In this document: positions 51,729 to 60,241 of the stretch, in pieces | Layout: each line of letters begins with the position of its first letter | Numbering within the stretch: the stretch's first letter is position 1 | Origin: Desulfosudaceae bacterium | GTDB taxonomy: Bacteria; Desulfobacterota; Desulfobacteria; Desulfobacterales; Desulfosudaceae | NCBI GenBank assembly: GCA_963674745.2 | Contig: CAXXDV010000001.1 | Location: 128,001-192,000 of the forward strand | Length of the DNA: 64,000 nucleotides | Reading direction: 5' to 3' | Translations under genes and position numbers: made by a program | The notes under the pieces: generated by a model | What the model saw: the letters and a program-made list of their open reading frames with translations, nothing else | What the model was told of the DNA's origin: nothing | The model's database searches: none

Positions 51729-52943
51729 TTGAGCAAATTGTATAAAAATATGAAGCTACCTGAATTCAAAAGATATAACGTCGATATTCTTTTTGATCGA
51801 TTACTGGAATCACAGCCTTTTATCCAGATCGTTACCGGGCCCCGCCAGATCGGCAAAACAACCGCCCTGCTTCAGATCATTGAAAAATGGCCGGGACCCA
51901 CCTTATTCGCTACGGCTGACGCTCCAGCCCCTCCAGGACCGGAATGGATCGAACAAAACTGGCAAACAGCCCGAATCAAAGCTGAAGAACAAAAGCCAAC
52001 GCTTCTGGTTCTAGATGAAATTCAAAAAGTCCGTGGCTGGGATGAAAGCGTCAAATATTTCTGGGACCAATCAAAATACCAGGACAACCCCATCCGGGTA
52101 ATCCTTTGCGGTTCTTCATCGCTACAAATTCAAACCGGATTGACCGAAAGCCTGGCCGGCCGCTTCGAACTCGTCCCCATGACACACTGGTCCTACCTGG
52201 AAATGCGGGACTGCTTCGGCTGGGACCTTAACACTTACTTTTATCATGGGGGTTACCCGGGCGCCGCTTCGCTGATCCACGATTCGCAACGATGGGCGGA
52301 TTATATACAACAATCATTAGTGGAAACAGCCATCGGCAAAGACATTCTGATGTTGCATCGCGTGGAAAAGCCGGCGCTTTTGCGCCAATTGTATGCGCTC
52401 AGTTGTGATTATGCCGGTCAGGTCGTCTCTTACCAGAAACTGGTGGGGCAACTCCACGATGCCGGCAATACCACCACCCTGGCCCATTACCAACGGCTTC
52501 TGGAAGGCGCCTTTCTTATTCAAGGTCTGCCCAAGTGGCATGGGGCAAAATTGCGTTCGCGCGCCTCAAGCCCCAAATGGCAGCCGCGCAACACCGCCCT
52601 GGTAACCTCACAATCCGGTCTGACTTTTGAACAATGGCGCCAGGAACCGATTCGCTGGGGACGACTGGTGGAGATCGCTGTCGGTGCCCATCTGATTAAT
52701 CAGGCTGACGAAAAAGGCTATACCGTTCATTACTGGCGTGAAAGAAACAAGGAGGTGGGTTTCATCATCTCCGGCAAAGGCGGACTGGCCGCCCTGGAAG
52801 TCAAAAGCGGTGTGTTTTCCAAACCTCACTCCGGCCTGCAACTCTTCAAAAAACAATGGCCGGAAGCAAAAACATGGATAATCGGCCCCAACGGTCTGGA
52901 CCTGAAAGATTTCTTTACATTCGACCCGACCGACCTGTTGTAA
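51729..52943 (+). CDS. AAA_14 ATPase with DUF4143 (copy B)
   Basis: GPRQIGKT, LDEIQ, GSS, ESLAGR, GGYP, EVGF...ALEVK. Confidence 0.88.
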   Translation: MSKLYKNMKLPEFKRYNVDILFDRLLESQPFIQIVTGPRQIGKTTALLQIIEKWPGPTLFATADAPAPPGPEWIEQNWQTARIKAEEQKPTLLVLDEIQKVRGWDESVKYFWDQSKYQDNPIRVILCGSSSLQIQTGLTESLAGRFELVPMTHWSYLEMRDCFGWDLNTYFYHGGYPGAASLIHDSQRWADYIQQSLVETAIGKDILMLHRVEKPALLRQLYALSCDYAGQVVSYQKLVGQLHDAGNTTTLAHYQRLLEGAFLIQGLPKWHGAKLRSRASSPKWQPRNTALVTSQSGLTFEQWRQEPIRWGRLVEIAVGAHLINQADEKGYTVHYWRERNKEVGFIISGKGGLAALEVKSGVFSKPHSGLQLFKKQWPEAKTWIIGPNGLDLKDFFTFDPTDLL

Positions 52944-53051
52944 ATACCTAATCACATAACTACTTAATCACATAATCACTTTTACCCCTTGACATCCATA
53001 TTTTTATATAATAGTGTTTGAATAAATTTATTCATTAACAATTATCTAAAA

Positions 53052-54440
53052 TTGAATGTTCTCATGGATATCCGTTTTTCACCGCATAACACTCACCTGG
53101 AATCGCCTGACGAATTTTCCATTAGAGATCCCCACCTGGCCCGCCTGGGCAAGTTACCCCTGACGCATACATCCAGCCTGCTTGACGACCTGCCCTTTGA
53201 AACGCCGGGAATATATACCTTGGGCGGTGGACGCCAGGTCGGCAAAACGACCTTGACCAAACAATGGATATCACATCTGCTGCAAAAAAATATAAAGCCC
53301 CGGTTCATAAGATATCTATCCGGTGAACTGATTGACGATCATCATTCACTCGTGCGTCACCTGACTGACATATTTGACGAAATGCCTGTCGGTAACGACA
53401 TGCGTTATCTTGTCCTGGACGAAGTAACGTACATAAAAGAGTGGGACAAAGGAATCAAGTACATTGCCGATGCAGGCCTGCTTGAACAAACTGCCATTAT
53501 GCTCACCGGATCGGATATTGCTTTCATATCGGAGGCCCGCATGCGGTTCCCCGGTCGACGAGGGCCTGCGGATCAGGTCGATTTTCATCTCTATCCGTTA
53601 AGCTTCAGAGAAACCGTCCATTTAAAAGGCCTGCTTCCCCGAGAGGCACTATCCGATTTAAACCAGCCGGACCTTCAGCCGTCAGAACCCGTCATCACCG
53701 CCCTGTTCGATGCCTTTGATGCCTATCTCATTCACGGCGGCTTTCTTACGGCGATCAACGACATGGCCGCTCATCACCGCGTCCTGCCCGCGACCTTTGC
53801 CATATACAGTGACTGGATTCGCGGCGATATGATCAAAAAAGGCAAAAAAGAACACTACTTGAGAGAACTGCTGGATGCCGTTATCCGGCATACAGGCAGT
53901 CAGATAACATGGAATGTACTGGCGCAAAGCCTTTCAATTGACCATCCACAGACCGTCTCCGACTATGCAGCCCTGCTTGTTTCCATGGATGCGCTTTTCA
54001 TCCAGCAGGCCCTGATCGAAGACAAACTGACGGGAGCGCCGAAAAAAGCCCGCAAGCTCATGTTTACCGACCCGTTTATCCACCACGCGATATACAACTG
54101 GCTGAACCCGACAGCCGATCCATACCAGCGTATCCTCGACACCCTTTCAACCGATGCCTCCCTGCCGGCAACGATCGCGGAAACCGTTGCCGCCTGCCAT
54201 TTCCGGAGGCATTTCCCAACCTATTATATAAAGGCCAAAGGTGAAGTGGATATCGCCTACATCCACCAGAACCGCTTCTGGCCGGTTGAAGTTAAATGGA
54301 CAAACCAGCTCCGTCCCGGGGATCTGAAACAAATCGTAAAATATCCCAACGCCCGTATTCTAACCAGAAACAAACAGCCCGGCACCATTCAAGGCATCCC
54401 CACCACACCACTGCCCCTTGCTCTTTTCCAACTAACCTGA
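53052..54440 (+). CDS. AAA_14 ATPase with DUF4143 (copy C)
   Basis: GGRQVGKT, LDEV, TGS, GGF, EVDI...PVEVKW; start uncertain (ATG 53064 possible). Confidence 0.85.
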   Translation: MNVLMDIRFSPHNTHLESPDEFSIRDPHLARLGKLPLTHTSSLLDDLPFETPGIYTLGGGRQVGKTTLTKQWISHLLQKNIKPRFIRYLSGELIDDHHSLVRHLTDIFDEMPVGNDMRYLVLDEVTYIKEWDKGIKYIADAGLLEQTAIMLTGSDIAFISEARMRFPGRRGPADQVDFHLYPLSFRETVHLKGLLPREALSDLNQPDLQPSEPVITALFDAFDAYLIHGGFLTAINDMAAHHRVLPATFAIYSDWIRGDMIKKGKKEHYLRELLDAVIRHTGSQITWNVLAQSLSIDHPQTVSDYAALLVSMDALFIQQALIEDKLTGAPKKARKLMFTDPFIHHAIYNWLNPTADPYQRILDTLSTDASLPATIAETVAACHFRRHFPTYYIKAKGEVDIAYIHQNRFWPVEVKWTNQLRPGDLKQIVKYPNARILTRNKQPGTIQGIPTTPLPLALFQLT

Positions 54441-54590
54441 ATTCACCTCCACCCCTTCTAAGTAACAAAACCATCTTTTCTTTTAGAGCTGATTCAGAAA
54501 CAGGGCCAACCGGGATGCTAACCACATAACCACTTAATCACTTAACCACTTAATCACATAACCACTTAACCCCCGCGAAGCAGGACTTAA

Positions 54591-54986
54591 TCACCCGACC
54601 TGAATTATCTGATTAAGGCATTGACAAACTTCATTAAAAACTTTATCTGGCAGTTTTTTCAGCGGATGCGTCCTTGCCCGGCGTACGCGCCAATCAAAAG
54701 ATTTTGGCTGATGGCAGAGCACATAACTGTTTTTTCCCGTTCTGTTTGCCCCCTTGGCCCGCCCCGCGGCGACAGCAAAAGGATTATCGGCATTATATTC
54801 CGCTGTGGTCATGGGCAAGCCGATGACCAGAGATGTTTTGTCGTTGAAGTTGCGCGGGGACAGCACCAAAAAAGGGTGCACATCCCGCATCTCCTGTCCA
54901 GCTTGAGGGTTGCAATCGATCCAGATCACATCCTGCCGGTCCGGCACCCATGAACGTTTCCTGGTGGTTTGCCCAGACTTTACCAT
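54591..54986 (-). CDS. mazF: MazF/PemK-family mRNA interferase
   Basis: VP.RQDVIWID.NPQAG.E...HPFLVLSP..FN, PMTT, KSFDW..R. Confidence 0.88.
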   Translation of the reverse strand: MVKSGQTTRKRSWVPDRQDVIWIDCNPQAGQEMRDVHPFLVLSPRNFNDKTSLVIGLPMTTAEYNADNPFAVAAGRAKGANRTGKNSYVLCHQPKSFDWRVRRARTHPLKKLPDKVFNEVCQCLNQIIQVG

Positions 54987-55234
54987 TGTTCCACCCCGAC
55001 CGCTTGAGTCGGCATCACCTCACCCCCGTGCCTCTCCGGGTCAAACCGTTCCAAACGCTGCTCCAGGGTCAATTCCGCGTCCCGAATAGGACGAATTACG
55101 ACGGCCCTGTCTTCCACTGTAACGCGGACTCGCTGATCGATTTGCAACCGTGCTTCACGAGCTACCGCGGCAGGCAGGCGGACCCCCATACTGTTTCCCC
55201 ACTTCTTTAAACTCAGCACGCTTTCGGTCATCAC
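54980..55234 (-). CDS. mazE: AbrB/MazE antitoxin
   Basis: KWGNSMGVRLP, ends VGVE; overlaps the toxin start. Confidence 0.88.
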   Translation of the reverse strand: MMTESVLSLKKWGNSMGVRLPAAVAREARLQIDQRVRVTVEDRAVVIRPIRDAELTLEQRLERFDPERHGGEVMPTQAVGVEQW

Positions 55235-55257
55235 AACCTCCTCTTGGCCATTGTCAA

Positions 55258-55280
55258 ATGTATAAACATAGTTTATACAT
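55258..55280. promoter_or_regulatory. mazEF operator overlapping the -10 box
   Basis: ATGTATAAAC-ATA-GTTTATACAT perfect IR; minus-strand TTGACC-N17-TAAACT. Confidence 0.7.
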
Positions 55281-55349
55281 CCAATGCCCTCCGGTCAAGC
55301 AAAAATCTTCAGCAGATCGAACCCATCCCCCCCTTCTCAAACCCCGCCC

Positions 55350-55520
55350 ACATAATCACTTAACCACTTAATCACTTTCCCCACCTAAAACCTTAACACT
55401 TTAAAACCTCTAAAACCCTTTCCGTAAGGAAAGCCGTCAAATCTTCCTTCTCCCCCACCATCCGCTTTGCCTTATTCCGCCAACCCCCCCGATCTTCAGG
55501 CGCCATTAAAATCTCAACCC
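55350..55520. repeat. Direct repeat of 59119-59289 (3' end of the DUF354 gene plus downstream flank)
   Basis: Near-identical, e.g. GGAAAGCCGTCAAATC..CCTTCTCCCCCACCATCCGCTTTGCCTTATTCCGCCAA..CCCGATCTTCAGGCGCC.TTAAAATCTCAACCCC. Confidence 0.88.
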
Positions 55521-56627
55521 CCTCAAAAAACCATCTCCCCGCCGCACAACAATATCACCGACTTTCCGTTCGTGTTTCAAATGCAACACAACCTGCATCG
55601 CCGGGATCCCATAACGGCAGGAAAAATTCACCAGCGCCCGACCGGGGTTGTCTTGGGCCCGCTTTACTTCGATCAACTGTTCCGGCTGATTATTCTCCAC
55701 CAGACAAAAATCCACCTCAGCGCCGTCCTTGGTGCGAATATAATGCAAGCCGGCCTCCCGACCTTCAACATCAGCCAGACCGCAGACATGCTTCAACAGG
55801 CACAGCGCCACCATATTTTCAAAGCGGGCACCCTCGTCACCATGAACCAGGCCGGTATCATAAAAGTATATTTTGGGTGTCTTCACGATCGATCGGGCGA
55901 TATTTCTGGCGTAGGGCGTTACACGAAAAACAACAAACAAAGATTCCAGTATCTGAATATATTTTTTAATCGTATTGGGTGCTACGCCCACATCCTCGGC
56001 CAGAGACTGATACGAAACCGGCGTACCTGTTCGTGATCGCAGCAGTTCAAAAAGCAGTTGGATTGCCTTGAAGTCATGGATTCTTTCAAAATCCAGAATA
56101 TCGGTCCGAACCAGCCCGTCCACATACTGCATCCGCCAGCGGTCTGCGGCCACACTATCATCGGCCAGAAACGGTTCAGGGTATCCGCCCCGGCTCAAAA
56201 ACCGGGCGATCTCTGCTGTTTCACCCACATGATCCACCTCCGCCGGAGAAAACGGCAGCAGCCGATGCCTGAAAAACCGACCTGCCAGCGAATCCCCACT
56301 CTGGCGAAACGCCTCCAGCCGGGCGCTGCCGGTCACCAGGATCCGCATGCCCTCCGGCCGTGTATCATAAACGCCTTTCAGATAATTCTTCCAGCCACTC
56401 ATTTTATGAAGTTCATCTAAAATGAGCAGTTCCGTATCTTCCAGCCAGGCCTCGTCTTTTATAATGTCGCGGTCGCCCGCGCTGTCGTAATTCAAATACA
56501 CACTGCGGGAGAAAGACCGGGCAATCTCTTTGGCCAGCCAGGTCTTACCCACCTGTCGCGGCCCGGTGATGAACACCATCTTTTTTTCAAGATCTTTGAC
56601 AATAGCTGCTTTCTGCTGACGATCCAT
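55506..56627 (-). CDS. AAA_14 ATPase with DUF4143 (copy D)
   Basis: GPRQVGKT, LDELH, TGS, SLAGR, GGYP, EVDF...LIEVK; start may be 56645. Confidence 0.88.
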   Translation of the reverse strand: MDRQQKAAIVKDLEKKMVFITGPRQVGKTWLAKEIARSFSRSVYLNYDSAGDRDIIKDEAWLEDTELLILDELHKMSGWKNYLKGVYDTRPEGMRILVTGSARLEAFRQSGDSLAGRFFRHRLLPFSPAEVDHVGETAEIARFLSRGGYPEPFLADDSVAADRWRMQYVDGLVRTDILDFERIHDFKAIQLLFELLRSRTGTPVSYQSLAEDVGVAPNTIKKYIQILESLFVVFRVTPYARNIARSIVKTPKIYFYDTGLVHGDEGARFENMVALCLLKHVCGLADVEGREAGLHYIRTKDGAEVDFCLVENNQPEQLIEVKRAQDNPGRALVNFSCRYGIPAMQVVLHLKHERKVGDIVVRRGDGFLRGLRF

Positions 56628-56648
56628 AACATCCCCACACTCCATATC

Positions 56649-56678
56649 GACTATTCTGCACTATTTTGCAGAATAGTC
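56649..56678. promoter_or_regulatory. Inverted repeat over the promoter of ATPase copy D
   Basis: GACTATTCTGCA-N6-TGCAGAATAGTC perfect 12-bp IR, overlapping a minus-strand TTGACT. Confidence 0.6.
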
Positions 56679-56735
56679 AAGACCATCCCGCAAAACAATG
56701 CGGAATAGTCAGGGCATCCGCCCTTCCCTAAAACC

Positions 56736-57524
56736 CTAACTCTTACCCTCTCCCTCTTGTCCCGCCCACATCTCCCGAAAATAAAGAACCCGCTCCCTCT
56801 GATCCGATGTAAACAAAAAGGGCTCCACGTCACGCGCCAGAAATTCCAGGTCCAGCTTTTCCAACCGTTTGGTGAACATGCGGCGAAACTCATCAGCACC
56901 CACCCGTAATGTTTTTTCAATATAGTCATAATCCGGACGGGTCATCCCCAGCAAAAAAGAAACGTCAAAAAAATCCCGCCCCTTCTCCCGCTTCCGGAAC
57001 AACACCGCCATCATTTTTTGGGCCAGAAGGACCCCCGGCGGCGCCCCGAGTATGCGCCTGAAGACGCCGAATTTGTTTATGACAACCACCTGCGATTTAT
57101 AATTTGGCTCCTTGCTTTCACTGTCTACCTGCACTAAAATTTTTCGTCCCTTATCCGGGCTGATTCCGGTTTGATAAAGAATTTCCGGGAACCGGAGATA
57201 GCAATGAAAAGCACCGCGCTCGACCATCCGGTATTCCACCATAAACCCTTTGTATTCCATATCCCGACAAGCCGTTGCCAGCAGCGCTTCAAATTCTGTA
57301 AAGGTCAGCCCGAAACTGTCAAAATCCAAATCTTCGGAAAACCGAACGCTTTGGTGTAAAATACGCACGGCAGTCCCTCCGATAAAGCATAAACGTGCCG
57401 CTGCCCTGTTTTTAAACAACGAATCAAGGAGCTCATACTGCAGATATTCCACCAGCGCCCCTTCCGGGTTGCGCCGGAAAACATCTTCCGGAAAATAAGC
57501 GGCAATCTGGTCTATGGTAAGCAT
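56736..57524 (-). CDS. AbiEii nucleotidyltransferase toxin (second system)
   Basis: FIGGTAVR, RFSEDLDF, QK..A...R, KGRDFFD. Confidence 0.9.
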   Translation of the reverse strand: MLTIDQIAAYFPEDVFRRNPEGALVEYLQYELLDSLFKNRAAARLCFIGGTAVRILHQSVRFSEDLDFDSFGLTFTEFEALLATACRDMEYKGFMVEYRMVERGAFHCYLRFPEILYQTGISPDKGRKILVQVDSESKEPNYKSQVVVINKFGVFRRILGAPPGVLLAQKMMAVLFRKREKGRDFFDVSFLLGMTRPDYDYIEKTLRVGADEFRRMFTKRLEKLDLEFLARDVEPFLFTSDQRERVLYFREMWAGQEGEGKS

Positions 57525-58111
57525 GTCAGCGCCCAACGCTCAAGTTTCTTGCCCCCAAAAGCCGCCAGGTATTTACGAAATCGTTCTTCATCCACAAGTT
57601 CCCGCAATAGATCTTTATTTAATCGGATAGCCGCTATGTCCGCCGGGCTGTTGATTGTCTTCAGGTTCAGATAAAGATAGTCCAGCAAGGCCTTTTCCGG
57701 TTCAGCCAGCAGATACGAGCCATTCCCCGTTACTATTGTTTTATACCCCCAAAAAAGCGTCTTTTTGATATGACGATAAACAAAATGGCCGAAATAGTTA
57801 TCAAACCTCCGGTTAATCTTGGCGGTCACGCAAATCTGCGCATATACCATTTCCGGAATAAAACCATAATGCGCAAGCGCGCTCTCTAAGCTGATGTAGG
57901 ACGGCTGGTACAAAAGGCAAGCGACTTCTTCTTTTGTGATGCGCTCCGCTTCCCCGGCAAAAACATATAGGCCGTTCTTCAGCCTCAACAAATATCCCTT
58001 TTTCATCCAAAGGCTTAGCTGATAATCATAAACCGTTACCCCGCTAAGTAGAAGGTCCTGCCGGGAAAAAACAGGGCCTCGGATATATTTTTTCAGATCA
58101 TTATATTTCAT
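57512..58111 (-). CDS. AbiEi-type antitoxin (second system)
   Basis: RLKNGLY, PSYISLESAL..YGFIPE, AEPEKALLD. Confidence 0.88.
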   Translation of the reverse strand: MKYNDLKKYIRGPVFSRQDLLLSGVTVYDYQLSLWMKKGYLLRLKNGLYVFAGEAERITKEEVACLLYQPSYISLESALAHYGFIPEMVYAQICVTAKINRRFDNYFGHFVYRHIKKTLFWGYKTIVTGNGSYLLAEPEKALLDYLYLNLKTINSPADIAAIRLNKDLLRELVDEERFRKYLAAFGGKKLERWALTCLP

Positions 58112-58147
58112 AAACTTATTATTAATAATAAATTAATGAAATGTCAA
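58107..58147 (-). promoter_or_regulatory. Promoter/operator of the second abiE operon (probably leaderless)
   Basis: 34-bp near-perfect palindrome 58107-58140 that includes the ATG; TTGACA at 58147-58142. Confidence 0.6.
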
Positions 58148-58498
58148 TAACCCATTCCCCGTCATGCCGGACCCATTCCTTCATCACTCCGCCTCATTCC
58201 TCGTCATGCCGGACCTGATCCGGTATCCAGATAAAATTGCCCCGATTCCTCGTCACTCCGGACTCCGATCCGGAGTCCGGAGTGCCACATAAAGCGCGCC
58301 CTAAAACCCTTAAACCCAATACCTGATACCCGAAACCCATAACCACTTAATCACGTAATGATTAAAACCCCTGCGAAGCAGGCCCATAACCCCGAATTAC
58401 TTCCCTGATATCTAAAAAGACCTATTGTTTTTTATTGGATTTGGTTATTATAATTATGTTATTCTAATTGAAAATATTCGTATACCTTACAATTAAGT

Positions 58499-58714
58499 AT
58501 GATGGAGAACAAAATGATAACCTTGAATCCTCAGTATGTTATTGATAACAACAAACGCCCCAAGGCGGTTCTTCTGACGATCAAAGAATGGAATGATATT
58601 GTGGATGCAATTGAAGAGCTTGATGATATACGCGCCTATGACGCTGTAAAATCAGGCCCACAAGAGGCCATTCCATTAGAACAAGCTGTACGGGAAATCC
58701 AGAAAAAATATTAA
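58499..58714 (+). CDS. Putative antitoxin (RelB-like partner)
   Basis: PQYVID...PKAVLL...W, acidic C-terminus; 1 bp before the RelE gene. Confidence 0.7.
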   Translation: MMENKMITLNPQYVIDNNKRPKAVLLTIKEWNDIVDAIEELDDIRAYDAVKSGPQEAIPLEQAVREIQKKY

Positions 58715-58715
58715 A

Positions 58716-58970
58716 ATGGCATATAAGGTTGAGATACTTCGCTCAGCGCAAAAACAGCTCGCAAAAATTGCCCCCCAAGAACAAGACCGCATTATTGACT
58801 CCCTACGCAACTTGTCAGAAAATCCCCGGCCCCACGGTAGTAAAAAACTTGTTGCACGACCCGCCTGGCGCATCCGTGTTGGTTCCTATCGTGTAATCTA
58901 TGAGATTCATGATGATCAATTAACCGTGTGCGTAATTACTATTGGCCACCGCAGCCATATCTATCGATAA
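58716..58970 (+). CDS. relE: RelE/ParE-family toxin
   Basis: YKVEI..SAQKQL, NPRPHGSKKL, WRIRVGSYRVIY, IGHR..IY. Confidence 0.9.
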   Translation: MAYKVEILRSAQKQLAKIAPQEQDRIIDSLRNLSENPRPHGSKKLVARPAWRIRVGSYRVIYEIHDDQLTVCVITIGHRSHIYR

Positions 58971-59160
58971 CCCCGTCCACCTAAAACCTAAAACTTTAAT
59001 ACCTAAAACTTAAAACCCTTTCCGTAAGGAAAGCCGTCAAATCTTCCTTCTCCCCTACCATCCTCGTCATGCCGGACTTGATCCGGCATCCACAAGCGCT
59101 AAAACCTTCCCCTTAATCACATAATCACTTAACCACTTAATCACTTTCCCCACCTAAAAC

Positions 59161-60201
59161 CTAACACCTTAAAACCTCTAAAACCCTTTCCACCAGGAAA
59201 GCCGTCAAATCTCCCTTCTCCCCCACCATCCGCTTTGCCTTATTCCGCCAAACCTCCCGATCTTCAGGCGCCCTTAAAATCTCAACCCCTTTTTGAACCG
59301 ACCGTACCTGGTCTTCCTTAGAAGCAGTAAAATTAAAAACCAGCCCGTACTTTTTATCCTGCACCTCGGTATACCCCCTGCCCCGGTCATCGACAAAAAT
59401 TGCCGGTGTGCCCAGACACGCCGCCTCCGACGCCATGGTAGCACTTTCCCCGTACAATAAGTCCGCAAAAAACAGCACGTCATGAATTTTTTCCGGGGAA
59501 CCTGGCAAAAGATATTCCTTCAGATCGTCCGGCAGTTCATGCTCGGAAGAAATAAATACCTTCACGTATTTTGAGAATTCTTCTACAACTTTTCTTTTTA
59601 TATCCGTCGACAATCCCCGTCCACCGATATCATGAACAGACGTCCTGGAAACAAAACGAACAACTACGAACCGTTCACCGTCCTTTAACCCAAGAAACGC
59701 CAAAACCCCCGGATCAGGGGTGAAGTATTTGGGATGAAGATAGGCCAGCGTGTTGTAGCTATTATATCGGATCTGCTTTTTGCCCAACGTTCTTTTGTAG
59801 CATGTCGGCGTAAAAACTTGTGATGCAAAAGGAAACGTCAGAAAAGCATCATGCGCCACCGGTTCGGTGTCCGTGATCACAATCGCCGGAAAGCCCAGAA
59901 CCTTTCCCACCTGGGGCAGGTAAAAATCTCCCACGCCGATGGACACATCCGGCCTGATTTGCCTGCATAGCCTATACGTCCGCACCCATCTGCTGAAATA
60001 GTCGATTATCTTGTAACTGATCGTCTTCCGATGAGAAGAAATCCGGTGATAAGGGGTATTAAATTGATCCAGCAGAAAACAGACAAACTCTTTCTCTCTG
60101 GCAGCCACAAAAATTTCATGGCCCCGGCCTTTCATCTCATCAATGAAATGCTTAAAAAAATGAACATCCGCCGGATGCCCTATAGCCAGAAGTATCTTCA
60201 C
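59161..60201 (-). CDS. DUF354-family GT-B glycosyltransferase-like protein
   Basis: HPADVHFFK, DTE, LAYLHP..F.PD, GESATMASEAA.LGTPA. Confidence 0.8.
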   Translation of the reverse strand: MKILLAIGHPADVHFFKHFIDEMKGRGHEIFVAAREKEFVCFLLDQFNTPYHRISSHRKTISYKIIDYFSRWVRTYRLCRQIRPDVSIGVGDFYLPQVGKVLGFPAIVITDTEPVAHDAFLTFPFASQVFTPTCYKRTLGKKQIRYNSYNTLAYLHPKYFTPDPGVLAFLGLKDGERFVVVRFVSRTSVHDIGGRGLSTDIKRKVVEEFSKYVKVFISSEHELPDDLKEYLLPGSPEKIHDVLFFADLLYGESATMASEAACLGTPAIFVDDRGRGYTEVQDKKYGLVFNFTASKEDQVRSVQKGVEILRAPEDREVWRNKAKRMVGEKGDLTAFLVERVLEVLRC

Positions 60202-60241
60202 CGCCTCCCTTCTTCACCTAAAACCTTAACACCATAAAACT

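Noticed and set aside
50432..54468. Shared 14-mer CTTCTAAGTAACAA at about 50432 and 54455
   Set aside because: Only two copies with no extended similarity; cannot be separated from chance or an old remnant by eye
47196..59145. Classical integron
   Set aside because: No tyrosine integrase, no convincing RYYYAAC...GTTRRRY attC sites seen by eye, and modules are in mixed orientation
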